64,000 bases of DNA. Origin: Tubiluchus corallicola (Eukaryota > Animalia > Priapulida). Below the pieces are notes generated by a model that made no database searches, had not been told where the DNA came from, and saw only the letters and a list, made by a program, of their open reading frames with translations. The translations under genes were made by a program, and so were the position numbers. Location: NCBI GenBank assembly GCA_030141605.1, contig JAQGDQ010000801.1, forward strand, positions 1 to 64,000, written 5' to 3'. Below, piece after piece: positions 23,741 to 36,234 of this stretch; positions within the stretch are counted from its first letter, which is position 1, and each line of letters opens with the position of its first letter.

Positions 23741-24610
23741 AAAATTGCATCATTTTATATATTACCTGTGTACAAGTCGATGTGTATTTTAAGACCAAAA
23801 ATTGCATCATTTTATATATTACCTGTGTAGAAGTCGATGTGCATTTTAAGACCAAAAATTGCATCATTTTATATCTTACCTGTGTACAAGTCGACCGTAA
23901 AATATTAAGATCTTCCAGAGTAAATGATGTCAACAATGGCCGATTAATAAATCAATGTTTTTCATGTGTTTGCATATGTAGATCTAGGCCTAGTAAAAAA
24001 ACAGTAAAGGAATATAGGCCTACGTCAGAACTTTGACTTTAGTAAACACTATTAATTTTACAATCAAATCAAAGCAATTAAATCTTGTGGTTCATCACCT
24101 TCCCATTTGAAGAAAAAAATAATTTACTAAAATTAATACCGCAGCGTAGTTGTGTTTTATATACGCTTGTATGCTGGTAATCCATATTTTGCCAATAAAA
24201 CACTCATATACAAGGCCAGTGTAAAACTTCCCGCGGCAGCCGAAAGATGGCAGCACCTGCACAACATTGGCGATTTCCATGTTCTGATCGACTGACTCCG
24301 TCGCTAGTTTATTTACCGGTAATATATAAGCTTTAACTTAATTTTATATACATTAAAATAAATTACAATATTATTTGTTAATTTTGTGAAGTAATGTCAA
24401 GATGCGAACATTCTCTGATGTGAAGTATCACAGTATGAGTGTTCATTCAGTCCAGCGTATAATGAAGGATTATTTCTTTACATATTCGTATTGTCGACGC
24501 CTCTTTAGCGACATCTCTCAAAAACATATCGTAAGTATACGTCGACCCCAAAAATTTCCCCTCAAAATCGCCGCTCGAAAATTCGACTTGTACATAAGTA
24601 ATATTCGGTA
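23741..24610. mobile_element. Degenerate Tc1/pogo-like MITE whose left end is triplicated as a 59-bp tandem repeat
   Basis: Left tgtgtacaagtcga (x3) is inverted relative to right tcgacttgtacataagtatattcggta. Confidence 0.5.
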
Positions 24611-24689
24611 CTTAAATAAATATTAAGTAATTATTTACTACTTTATTAATTAATGTAATTTTACGCAATTAGATGATTTAATTAAATTG

Positions 24690-25334
24690 AATACTGCGGT
24701 GTTCATGTATAAATGCAATAATAGACTATTTCCTAAGTTTTTTTGCAACTCCTTTCAAATTGACATCTAAGAGACATAATACAAGATATAATCAATACAT
24801 TGTGCCTTCCTGTAGAACCAACATAGCTAAACATTTTATAATATTTCAAGGACCAAAAGTTTGGAATGAGATTTGTCAATTCGCAAAAAATAGCAGATCT
24901 ATTACTAGATTTAAAAAAATGCTAAAAATGTATCACTGAGTAATCAAAATTTCTATCAGTATCCATCCTCACAGTAGTGGCAAAACAGTGCTGTTATCTT
25001 AATCAAGTTATCTTAATTTTACATACTATTAACAAATAATAGCCTTTCTATCTTTTACATCATCTCATATATGAGCTTCATTCATTACATCATTCCATTT
25101 TAAGCACTAATGTTTTTTTATCACACATTCACTTTAAATTTTCAGATTATCTCCATTACTTTTTTTTCTTTCACAGTGTGGGACAATCTAACAAGCCCTG
25201 CTTTTTGATTGCCCGCAACACATTTACATTTGTATATAGGTGAACAGTGTTTGAGGCTTTTCCTGTGCAGTATTTCTTATTTGTATTACGTTCAGTGTAG
25301 GCCCTTTCACTAGATATTGTACATGAAACTATTG
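24690..25334 (+). mobile_element. Degenerate CR1/L2-group LINE 3' fragment, apparently interrupted by the MITE at 25335
   Basis: Broken frames TAVFMYKCNNRLFPKFF...HNTR...CRTNIAKHFIIFQGPKVWNE...RFKKMLK. The UTR appears to resume after 25860 (gtgaaataaa). Confidence 0.65.
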
Positions 25335-25860
25335 TATAGGTTTTACATGTCAAATATAGACCTGCGTTAACTCAAATGTAGATTTAGGTTATTCAAATGT
25401 GTCTTGGTAACTCAAATGTAGACTTAGGTAGTTCAAATGTGTTAACAATGGTTTTCAAGAAATCTTTAGCGTTTTTGGTAAGTCAAATGTGACATTGGTG
25501 TATGCATTAATAATTGTATAATCGTTAACTTATTTATGTACAACACTTTTAAGTGTTCTTATCAAATAAACATTTTCTTTACATTTGAAAAATATATTAA
25601 CGTCCAGACAAATAGTTGCAAATTAACTAAATACATAAAAATTGATGCTGCCAATAGCACCATGACAATAACAAATAATTTTAATTTGGTTTTATTCAAA
25701 GCACCGCATCTACATTTGACTTACCTAAGTCACATTTGAACTTTCCTGTGTCTATATTTGACTTACCTAAGTCACATTTGAACTTTCCTGTGTCTATATT
25801 TGACTTACCTAAGTCACATTTGAACTTTCTTGTGTCTACATTTAACGTGTAAAACCAATA
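25335..25860. mobile_element. Second copy of the TATAGGTTTTAC-TIR MITE
   Basis: Terminal ~170 bp and ~150 bp match 10566-11068; the centre differs. Confidence 0.85.
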
Positions 25861-26625
25861 AATGTGTAATGTGAAATAAATGACTCATGACTTATGAAGT
25901 GTTTATTAATTAACCGTGTACATAAAATTTTTCCTCAAGCTGCATGGCCAGTCAGTAAATTCTCACATACGTGTGTGTAAATGAAAGAGAATCTTCTAGT
26001 TCTAACTTGACCTACAACTAAATCATTGACAAACGAATATTTTCATGAATCGAACTGAGAAACTAGAACAGCAACAATGTTCACATCTATCAACACTTAC
26101 ACTCCACATGTTGACACTGTGCAAAACAAACAATGAGATGACCTCATCTGACACGGAGCTGATAATCCGGCATTAAAGATTTAACCCTAAAACAAAAGAG
26201 AAGATTCCAGCGAAATTGCAGCTTTGTCTTCCACTGGGCGGCGGGAAAAGGCAAAGAGGTGAGAAGAGGTTAACCCTTAGTCAAACACAGGTAACGATCT
26301 TAGTGTCCAAAGAGTTACATAAAATCATTTTACCTGCCACGGGTCTAAGCAGTAACAGACAGGCGGTGCTTTGTTGACGTTATCAGCTTATTAGAGGATT
26401 ACAATGTATGATGTGCAATTTACCAACTGTTCATTTCTGCTTTCTCCAGAGATGCATTGCAATTTACACTAGTAAAAATTAATGTCATTCACAATTATCT
26501 TGACAAGCATAGCAGGATATTTTGTCGTAGTTTTGTAAACTTTGTGTTATGTTCCAGCTTGAAAGGGTGTCATACTTTTGTATGTATGTTTATGCTTTAG
26601 GAAGATTGTTGCAGTTTTGTAATAT

Positions 26626-27060
26626 CGTGTCATCATACTGCAAAAATATTGTTGCAGTTTCCTAGTTTCACGTTATGATACTGCAAGAAATATTGTTGTA
26701 GTTTTCGAATTTCATGTTATGATACTGCAGGAAATATTGTTGCAGTTTTCTAGTTCCATGGTATGATACTGCACGAAATATTGTTGTAGTTTTCTAGTTC
26801 CACGTTATGATACTGCAGGAAATATTTTTGTAGTTTTCTAGTTTCATGTAGTGATACTGCAGAAAATATTGTTGTAGTTTTCTAGTTTCATGTTATGATA
26901 CTGCAGAAAATATTGTTGTAGTTTTCCAGTTTCATGTAATGATACTGCAGGAAATATTGTTGTAGTTTTCCAGTTTCATGTTATGATACTGCAGGAAATA
27001 TTGTTGTAGTTTTCTAGTTTCATGTTATGATACTGCAGGAAATATTGTTGTAGTTTTCTA
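26626..27060. repeat. 44-bp minisatellite, about 10 copies
   Basis: Unit catgttatgatactgcaggaaatattgttgtagttttctagttt. Confidence 0.93.
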
Positions 27061-27180
27061 ATTTTAATAAATTTAGACTTAAAAGTAAACCCAGCCAAAA
27101 ATCAATGATAAATCATTTAAAACGAAAACTTTTTTCCAAAATCATAATTATGTTGTGCTGTTTGAAACTTTTTTTTCTTT

Positions 27181-27760
27181 ATTAATTCTTTATTTGTCAT
27201 TAAAATGGTTCACTCATTATAATAAAATTGAGTAAGCCTCAGCGTAATGTTAAAATAACAACACTGTTCAAGACAAATGCATCCAGTACAGACTAAAAAA
27301 AAACTAAAGTGCAAAACTAAGGCCTAATTATATATAATAAATGAACATATTTACAAACACCATATTAAAATATTTTTACAAAACAATATTACAAAAGTAC
27401 ATTAAATTTTACATCACATATTTTACACTACATATACATTTGACATGACACAATTAACAGAAACATGCTTAACATTACATAAATTTCACTAATCACATTT
27501 ACACCATTTATACATTTAACATTACAAAACTAACATAACACGTATTACATTACATAATTTTTTTTAAAAAAATTCATTTTTAATCGTATTAACTCAGTAA
27601 TAAAAGTAATAAATGCAAGAATTCTTAAAAACTCATCACACTGAATACTTGAAGGACATTAATTTCTTTGAAGAAGTGATATTCGTACGTACGCATTCCA
27701 CATTGGCGTTTCTATGACCGTAAAACTGCTCAAACCACAATTCACCTTTTCAAAGGATTA
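27181..27760 (-). mobile_element. Dispersed repeat, probable LINE 3' end; copy at 57878-58282
   Basis: About 400 bp is near-identical to 57878-58282. Minus-strand AATAAA terminus and a degraded SSFTVIETPMWNA frame. Confidence 0.65.
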
Positions 27761-28030
27761 TATTCTCCTACATGCTATATTTACTCATCCACATTCCAGC
27801 AGAAATTATCGGATTTTTTATTGAATCGGTTCAATTAAATTGGACAGCTGGTCAAATCACGAGTCGAGCAATGAATTAAATTAATGACAGGCGGCGCGAC
27901 TGTAGCGTCACCTGTCAGCGTCATGAGGAAATATAAACTTTGTTGCTTTGTAATTATGGTTATTAACCTCATATATTAATGATATAAAATATAAAAATTA
28001 GTCGTAGCAATAGTAAAAGCAAAATAGTTT

Positions 28031-28452
28031 CACACACACACACACGCACACGCACGCAACACACACACACGCGCGCACGCACGCACACACACACACACAC
28101 TTCTCTCTGTCTTTTTTCTTTCTCTCTTTCTATCTCTCTCTCTCCCCTCTCTCTCTCACGCTCCCTTCTTCCCTCCCCGCTCTCTCACTATCTCTCTTCC
28201 CCCTTTCTCTCACTCAACTTTGTCTTTCTTTTTTCTTTCCCACTCCTCTCTCCCTCTTTTTCTTAACCTCTCCCTCTTTCTGTCTCTCTATAATTTTCTC
28301 TCCAACGTCTCTGTTTCTTTTTCTTACTTTCGTTCTCTCTGTGTCTCTCTCTCATTCTTTTTCTCTCTGTCTCTGTCTCTCACATTTTCTTTGTCTTTAT
28401 GTGTGATTCTTTCTATCTCCTCTCTTTTTCTCTCTCTCTCCCCTCTCTCGCT
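28031..28452. repeat. (CA)n followed by a CT-rich low-complexity tract
   Basis: Direct inspection. Confidence 0.9.
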
Positions 28453-28689
28453 ATAATGTATAGACAACCGAAGTAAAGTTTCGACAATTTTAAAAAATCG
28501 ACATATTGCATTTTCACTTTTATTTCGTGGTGAGACAATGCGCCTAAAATAAATAACTGAAAGTATTTTGTGCACAAAACATATTTAGAAAAAGTCATAG
28601 AAAAGGTTTACTGGCATGCGTACGGTAAAGGGTAAAATGCAAAAAACCGGTCTGGGGGTAATTTTTTACCCCCGGTGACCCTATAAGGG
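28453..28689 (-). mobile_element. Truncated copy of the piggyBac-type MITE at 37604-38203
   Basis: Reverse complement of 37604-37840; ends gtgaccctataaggg-TTAA. Confidence 0.85.
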
Positions 28690-29768
28690 TTAATCATCTA
28701 ACAGTAAATTCTGTTGTATTATAAAACAAAAGGTTAATTTGATAAATTACTGTAATAAACTATGATGCTAAAGCAAGATGGATGACGAATTTTAAATTTT
28801 TCGAATATGTTTCTGTATAACACTACGAGATTATAATTTTGTTAAACTTGACGTCTTGCAATTTGCTTTACGTTATTAGTACGTCGATACGTTCTAGTAT
28901 ATAAGTAAACTTCTCGTGCTCTCCATCACATATGATTTCCGCCATTGCTCACAAAAACACCCAGAACGTTTTGGCATCGTAATTTTTGTTATTCTAATTT
29001 CACCACAAAACCAGTTCCCCAAACCATCTCCATTAATTTCAGAACCGAAACACAAATAAAAACCCGTGTCCAATAGCTTACTATAACGACCTGGGCTTTT
29101 AAACTGTACCCATTCTTCCTACTGTACACCATTTACGACAAAGCAAAGACTTTTGTTGTCAGAGCTGGCAGAGGTATTGTTAAAAAGCGTCTTCCTGTCT
29201 TTTTGTTGAACACTATCTTTAAAACTCGTAAAAGCCTCGGCAGATAATCGTCGGCCATTATGTCTTTTACACTTTTTCATATCAACCTTGTTGAAGTTAA
29301 GACCGTATCCAGTAACGGGTGGTTCACGTGTGCAAAATGCGTCGTTATTAAGAGTTAATTCCGCTTAGAATCATCTTTTTAACTTAATGAAGGCAATTCG
29401 TGGAAGACTTGGATATATTTTTCATGAAATTATTAAGAGTTTCAACTAAATTTAGTGTTTTTCTACTCAGTAACCGAGAAAACCCCCGTGTATGGTACTG
29501 GTCTAAGTCTGTGGCGTCTACTAAGAGGCCATTGTTATCTTGCCATCTCTGTGGAGGAAATGCTACTTTGGAAGAAAAGTGCCTAGTATTTCTCGCAACA
29601 GGAAACGCAAATTATAGGTTTTTTTTGCAAAAGTTTGGCGTTGTCTTCCCATAATTACCTGCACGCTTACACGTCATCTTAAACAGGGTAAACAACTGAC
29701 CATGCGTCGTAAAGGCGTTACTTTCTTATTTGCAGATATGATTTCAGTTCTATAATTTGTTAACAACA

Positions 29769-29872
29769 TGGCATCCTTCTGTCTCGGAAGACAATGTAGT
29801 GTGCACCAAGAGAGTCAGTTATTGATCACATTGATGGAGCGTCGACTGTGACTGAGCAGTGCGATCCTTGAA
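29769..29872 (-). mobile_element. 5'-truncated 3'-end fragment of the 5S-headed SINE
   Basis: ggcatccttctgtctcggaagacaatg...gcgatccttgaa matches 30067-30175. Confidence 0.85.
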
Positions 29873-30061
29873 TCACTGGAGTGACCCAAACAGTTTAAGT
29901 GATAACAGTAAAATAAATCCAACACGCTGAGTGACTCGTTCTTTCCTTTAAATGTTTTGCTTTAAATTCCTTTACATGTACGATTTAGCAATTTTCGATG
30001 TTGTGTATTAACAGTATGTATTTTTTTCTATTACTCTAGTTTTTGCTGCAATTTTACTGAC

Positions 30062-30594
30062 TTGTTGGCATCTTTCTGTCTCGGAAGACAATGGAATGTG
30101 TGCCAAGAGAGTCAGTTATTGATCACATTGATGGAGCTGCAGCGTCGACTGCGGCTGAGCAGTGCGATCCTTGAACGTCTCCAGGGCGCACACCTGGGCA
30201 AGGTGTATGGAGATCCTGAGTTGCCCAGACAACAGGAACCCCCTCTCTTCCTCCCTGGTGTAGTCCAAAGGAAAGCGGAGCACCAGGTTGGCTGCAGGAG
30301 CTGCCGGAGTCAGTGAGCATGCTGCACTGGTCCGCCTTCGGGGCTCCACTCCTGGTTTGGAAGGTTTACTCCTCTACACATGGCCGTTGGGTCACTTGAC
30401 CTCTTCCGCCCTCTAGTCAATGGCTGCTTGTACAGCTCCTCTGCCTAGTGTCGAGATACAGTGTGGGCATTCCGCAAGCCTACAGCACCTGGTATTCCTA
30501 GGCGGCCACCCATCCAAGTCTAACCAGGCTCTACGTTGCTTAACTTCGGTGATCAGACGAGAACCGATGTTTTCAACGTGATATGACCGTAGAC
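30062..30594 (-). mobile_element. 5S rRNA-headed SINE (SINE3-type) with a GC-rich, probably RTE-derived body
   Basis: A full-length 5S-like head (30476-30594) runs without a T-run terminator into a ~415-bp GC-rich body. The body motifs (ggcagctcctgcagcc...ttcctttgga...gagaggggg...tgggcaac, ending gagacagaaagatgccaac) recall RTE-associated non-autonomous elements, from memory. Confidence 0.7.
30476..30594 (-). rRNA. 5S rRNA-like sequence (119 nt; probably a SINE head or pseudogene, not a functional gene)
   Basis: GTCTACGGTCATATCACGTTGAAAACATCGGTTCTCGTCTGATCACCGAAGTTAAGCAACGTAGAGCCTGGTTAGACTTGGATGGGTGGCCGCCTAGGAATACCAGGTGCTGTAGGCTT. A-box and C-box are recognisable; there is a 1-nt deletion in GTTAGTACTT. 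Confidence 0.8.
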
Positions 30595-30988
30595 TAATTT
30601 GATAAACTAGCAATGTAACTAAGTGTTATGACTCCACTCTTCGAGTCAACAGATACACTGTGGAGAGGAGTCTCCACAGGAGAGAACAATCACTGAGTAT
30701 GTTGGGTTTATTTTACTATTACCACTTAAACTTACAAAAATATATTTAAGAAATTTGCAGAGAACTGCCTATAAAACATCAATTGAAAATAAACTACCTC
30801 TGAATAGAAATTTTGAGGCGTGATGGTTGCCGCGGCCATTCACTTGAATATTATGACTGGGAAACTTCGTGACTTTTCGCAGCCGCATCGTGGTTTTTCG
30901 TAAACGCGCGCACTGCTTAAAATAATTCAAATTTCTGCATTAATGGGCTAAATTTCTGTCTTACCGAATGGGCTACTTTTCTTCAAAA

Positions 30989-31178
30989 CGAATGACGTCA
31001 TTGGAAGAAGAATGGACATTGACAATGGGAGCGCCCAAGCATGAAGTCAAATTCGCGTCAAAGTGATTTTACTAATTACACGAGGCGCTTGTGACACTTT
31101 TATTACTAAATTTTCCTAACATTTTTCGCGAATATTGAAATAAGTGTAACTTTCCAGAAAGCTTGACTTTTCCTTTAA
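30989..31178 (+). mobile_element. Right end of a second TTAA-target (Kolobok-like) family; copy at 53881-54068
   Basis: gaatgacgtcattgga...tttccagaa...tttcct-TTAA is shared by both sites. Confidence 0.65.
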
Positions 31179-31762
31179 CTACAGCACCGTCATGACTTTT
31201 AAGTAAGAGGGTGGATCCACGCCGTCATTCAGGGACGGAGAGGGTAGATCCACATTGTACAATCCAAGAGGGTAGATCCATCACCGTCATTCAGTGCCGT
31301 TTTTAGGGGTGGAACTAGTACAGTATCACGAATATTTTAATTTTGCTCGCTTAACTGTTGCAATTTCTCTCATTTTGTTATTAGATGCAAAACTTCATAT
31401 TTTTGTTGTTTCTGGGTGAATAAACTAAACTAACATTAACATACAGCTGTGCTACTTCGCCATGGAATATTTTAGCTATGCCTTTCAGTGGCTCACATTT
31501 GATTTGATGACAAATAATTATAGACCTGTGTGGCAAATGAGTTACGATCGCGTGAATTTATAGATCTGATTTGCAGTTTGTTTCAGTCCATGAAATGCGA
31601 GGTATTTTTATTGAACATGGGGGGGGGGCTATTATAATGAATGGGAAAATAAAGCATTGCGTTTACGGTCAGTACCCCCTGCATTCTTCCAAAGCCACTT
31701 TTTCCTAGAAAAAACGTGTAAAACAAATCGAAGAAGTTTACAATTACCACACAATTTAAGTA

Positions 31763-32292
31763 CCCTAACCCTACCCCTAACCCTAATCCTTGCCAAATCT
31801 CTAACCTAGCCCTAACCCTACCCTTACTCCAATCCTTGCCCTATCCCTAATCTAACCCTACCCCTAACTCTAACCTTGCCCTATCTCTAACCTAACTCTA
31901 ATACTAACCTAACCCTAACCTTGCCTTATCCCTAATCTAACCCTAACCCTAACCTAACTCTAATCCTTGCCCTATCCCTAATCTAACCCTAACCCTAACC
32001 TAACCCTAATCCTTGCCCTATCTGTACTCTAACCCTAATCCTAACCCTACCCTAACTCTAATCCGTGTCCTATCTCTAATCTAACCCTAACCCAACCCTA
32101 CCCTAACTCTAATCCTTGCCCTATCTGTAATCTAACCCTAACCCTAACTCGAATCCTTGCTCTATCTCTAATCTAACCCTAACCCTAACCCTTACCCAAA
32201 CCTAACCCTACCCTAACTCTAACCCTTGCCCTATCCCTAATCTAACCCTAACCCTATCCCTATTCTAACCCTAACCCAACCCTAACCCTAAT
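31763..32292. repeat. Degenerate interstitial telomere-like (CCCTAA)n array
   Basis: ccctaa/cctaa units interleaved with a recurring ccttgccctat motif. Confidence 0.85.
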
Positions 32293-32949
32293 CAACTTCA
32301 CCAACTAATTTCTTGCCTGTGGGGAATTGCAAACTTTAGCCAAACAAATAAACCAAATTAACCAGCCCCGCCACAGTTTTAAAGTGCGCACGCGCAGTTG
32401 CTGTATCTCAAATGTTAAGTGTACCAGAGCAACGCGTCTTAACTACAAACTTCACTTGACATGTTGGTAAGACAAAGCCGTGTGCTGCGTCAGTTCAGTG
32501 TCTAACATGAACTTTACTTAATTCTGCTTCAGTCTGTGATTTACTAGCAGGATCTTGCTTGGAAAGAAGAAAAAGTGAACTAGGTAAGGTTCTAGCTAAC
32601 TGTTAAAATCATCATTATTACAACAGCATGGGCTGCGAGGCGTTGTCAAGTGTACACAAATGCGTTGTCTGGTACACTCAACCTTTGGTTTCATTAGAAA
32701 GCAAGCCACCAAATTTAACAGAATTACTGTCAAATTTTAAGTTACGGTTAGCTCTTTTAATAAACGAAAACTTGTTTCGTTGAACTCGATTTCTAACTAA
32801 TAAAAATACTGAAAAAATTTATTAAGCATACTTAAAACGAAAACGTTTCTAAATTAGTTTAAACATAATTTATTTAGCATTGGATCAGACAGTTTGAACA
32901 ACATGATTTAGCATCCTCACCACAACAGACTTTATACACTATTTACAAA

Positions 32950-33319
32950 AACATTTACAGTAAGAATAGACTATAACTACCCAAGCTGACAAGTTTTACT
33001 ACAAGAATACATTAGATATTAGTAACATTTACAGTAAGAATTGACTATAACTACACAAGCTGACAAGTTTTACTACAAGAATACATTAGATATTAGTAAC
33101 ATTTACAGTAAGAATTGACTATAACTACACAAGCTGACAAGTTTTACTACAAGAATACATTAGACATTAGTAACATTTACAGTAAGAATAGACTATAACT
33201 ACACAAGCTGACAAGTTTTACTACAAGAATACATTAGACATTAGTAACATTTACAGTAAGAATAGACTATAACTACACAAGCTGACAAGTTTTACTACAA
33301 GAATACATTAGACATTAGT
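32950..33319. repeat. 74-bp tandem repeat x 5
   Basis: Unit aacatttacagtaagaatagactataactacacaagctgacaagttttactacaagaatacattagacattagt. Confidence 0.95.
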
Positions 33320-34613
33320 AGAAAATGACGGTTAGTAAATATTAATGTACGAATATTTAAGAATGATGCATTTCATATCAGATAGAAACTTCTGGAAGCG
33401 TTTAGTACGTAATATAAAGTCATGTATACATTAGAATATTTTACAGTTAGCAACATAGTTAAATTCATCTTTTCCGAATAATAACAACTTCAACAGGAAC
33501 TCCTTAGTTCCTAAGGCAGCTATATTAAGGTTTCCGGGCAGAAGTATTTCATTTAGTTTATCAAACATAACAACCCTAGTTTGTTGATAACAATGGGCAG
33601 TGCAACATTAAGTGTTCAACAGACTAAAGTTTTCACTAGTCTCTGAAGTTTTTGTTTACCCAACAATATTAATGTACGAATATTTAAGACTGATGCAACC
33701 AGCTATATTAAGGTTTTAGGGCAGAAGTATTTCATTTAATTTATCAAACATAACATAACATTTCTAAATTAAACCAAACAGTCTCCATTTTATTCCTTTC
33801 TATAGGGGGGAAGCTACTTCTCCATATTGTCGGTGATTATTTGTTCAAATAAATTACTAATGAACTTCCCGGTGGCGAGCACTAATCATTTCTTCTTCAC
33901 AATAAGGGGGGTATTTCATGCAGTAATTTACAAAATGAATACATGACTGTGTAAGCATAATGTACGTACGCCGCCAATGCTAAGCTTTCTTCCTTGACGG
34001 CAGATGCAAGCGACGCACGCATCGCAGGCGTCGTGTCTATGGTCACAGCTCATAGCGTTGCTTTGTTAGACGAGCATTGGCCGCAGTGCGTGCCTGGTTT
34101 GCTAGCAGAGAGGAAGGCTTTTGTTATACCGGCGTGTGTGCATTAGTGTTTTGACTGCATTATGCTCTCGAGATTGAAGGAGAGTCGAGCATCTTCGGTA
34201 AATGACGTGCGCTTTTAGTTTCACTCGCGATTTTTTGCAAAATAACTCAAATTGGACGTTTTAGAGGAAGCTATGGACAGGGTAAGAAATTTCTTGCAAA
34301 TTTATACGAGGCATTTAATTTTAGTACTTAAACAAATTTTTGTTTTAAGTCAAATGTTTTAGGTAATACAAATTCACTACTCTTGCGTGTTTTTTAGCTT
34401 TTAAAATAACACTAACTGCGCCGTGAACGTTACTGTTAACAGCAGGTAAGGTCGTTTGTTCGAGTCCCAGTTGGAATTTTTCAGACTTCTTAATTTACTA
34501 TAGTTTCATGTTCTTCTTGGTCTACTTAGGTTTTCTAGTGTCTTGCTTCGTTTTTACTGCTCTTATAGTGTTTCAGTGATTGAATTCATAAGATATTTTT
34601 TCGTTTTTCTGCA

Positions 34614-35408
34614 ATGTATGGCGTAACTACAGTGGATGACGTAATTACACTTCATGACGTAACTACAGTGGATGACCTAATTACACTGCATGACGTGACT
34701 ACACTGGATGACGTAACTACACTGCATGACGTGACTACCCTGGATGACGTAACTACACTGTACGACGTAATTACACTGGATGACGTACTGCACTGTACGA
34801 CGTAATTACACTGCATGACGTAACTACAGTGCATAAAGTAATTACACTGGATAACGTGACTACACTGGATAACGTAACTGCACTGTATGACGTAATTACA
34901 CTGCATGACGTAACTACACTGTACGACGTAATTACACAGGATGACGTAACTACACTGTACGGCGTAATTACACTGGATGACGTACTGCACTGTACGACGT
35001 AATTACACTGCATGACGTAACTACAGTGCATAAAGTAATTACACTGGATAACGTGACTACACTGGATAACGTAACTGCACTGTATGACGTAATTACACTG
35101 CATGACGTAACTACACTGTACGACGTAATTACACAGGATGACGTAACTACACTGTACGGCGTAATTACACTGGATGACGTACTGCACTGTACGACGTAAT
35201 TACACTGCATGACGTAACTACAGTGCATAAAGTAATTACACTGGATGACGTGACTACACTGGATAACGTAACTGCACTGTACGACGTAATTACACTGCAT
35301 GACGTAACTACACTGTATGACGTAATTACACTGGATGACGTAACTACACTGCCTGACGTGACTACACTGGATGACGTAACTGCACTGTACGACGTAACTA
35401 CACTGCAC
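34614..35408. repeat. 18-bp minisatellite (gacgtaaytacactgsat) with a 197-bp higher-order duplication
   Basis: Direct periodicity. Identical ORF translations offset by 197 bp confirm the higher-order repeat. Confidence 0.95.
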
Positions 35409-35640
35409 TATTATTTTGTCGATTTAAGAGTGGTTTCGTTTAAGAATGGTCTTTCGAAAACAATATGACAACATTTTACAATAGTAAGACATTATCAAAT
35501 TATCAAAATAATTTTTTTACACTGGCATTTTATAATTTCATTAAGATTAATCCCTCAAATCACATAATAGTTTCTAATACAGGAAATTCGGGGTGCAATA
35601 ACGTGAGGATGAAAACATTTTTCATTTTCTTGTAAATCTT

Positions 35641-36234
35641 ATGATGATTTTTCGTACACTACCCCATTTTCAAGTCCAATAAAAAGTATACATTTTAACA
35701 CAATTGATACTGCAAAAGCGTTTCTGATAATTAAATAATAGATTAAAAACTTAATTAACCGCTGGCGAGCCCAACTATTTGATGACGTCACAAACTAACC
35801 TAATTTTCAACATCAAAAATATTCCACGAGCGTGTTGCATGTGTTTGCGAAAGCGAAAATTGAAGTACAGCGCTACTGTAAGATATTCAGTGTGTTGTAC
35901 TAAAACTAGGCAAATTTTAGGATAAAAATTCAAATTACAAATTTACCGCTGTGCGTAAGTTCGTCACAAATTAACACATCTGAACTGAGAAGTACAACAC
36001 CTTGTTTTTGTACAATATGTTCCCGAGATGTAGGCACTAGTGCCCATCTAACTAGCGAATGGCGAAATGTCTGTAACAGCGAAGAACTAGTGGCACGAAC
36101 GTGAAATTATGTTTGTGTGGTAATAATTCTTTCACATAAGTCGTTTTTGAAGAAAATAGTATGTTTCCTTTCAATATTTTAAAGAGTAGATTGTTTTGAT
36201 CTACAGTTTAAGGTTGAGTCCGGTTTTACTTTAA
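35641..36234 (-). mobile_element. Kolobok-type element, copy C
   Basis: Reverse complement of 60871-61494; ends tccggttttact-TTAA. Confidence 0.85.

Noticed and set aside
30476-30594. Functional 5S rRNA gene
   Set aside because: It is a single copy with a 1-nt deletion in a conserved segment, has no oligo-T terminator, and is fused to a repeat body.
30658-30679. Perfect 9-bp hairpin ctgtggaga-ggag-tctccacag as a Helitron 3' end or terminator
   Set aside because: There is no CTRR terminus at the expected distance on either strand and no other support.
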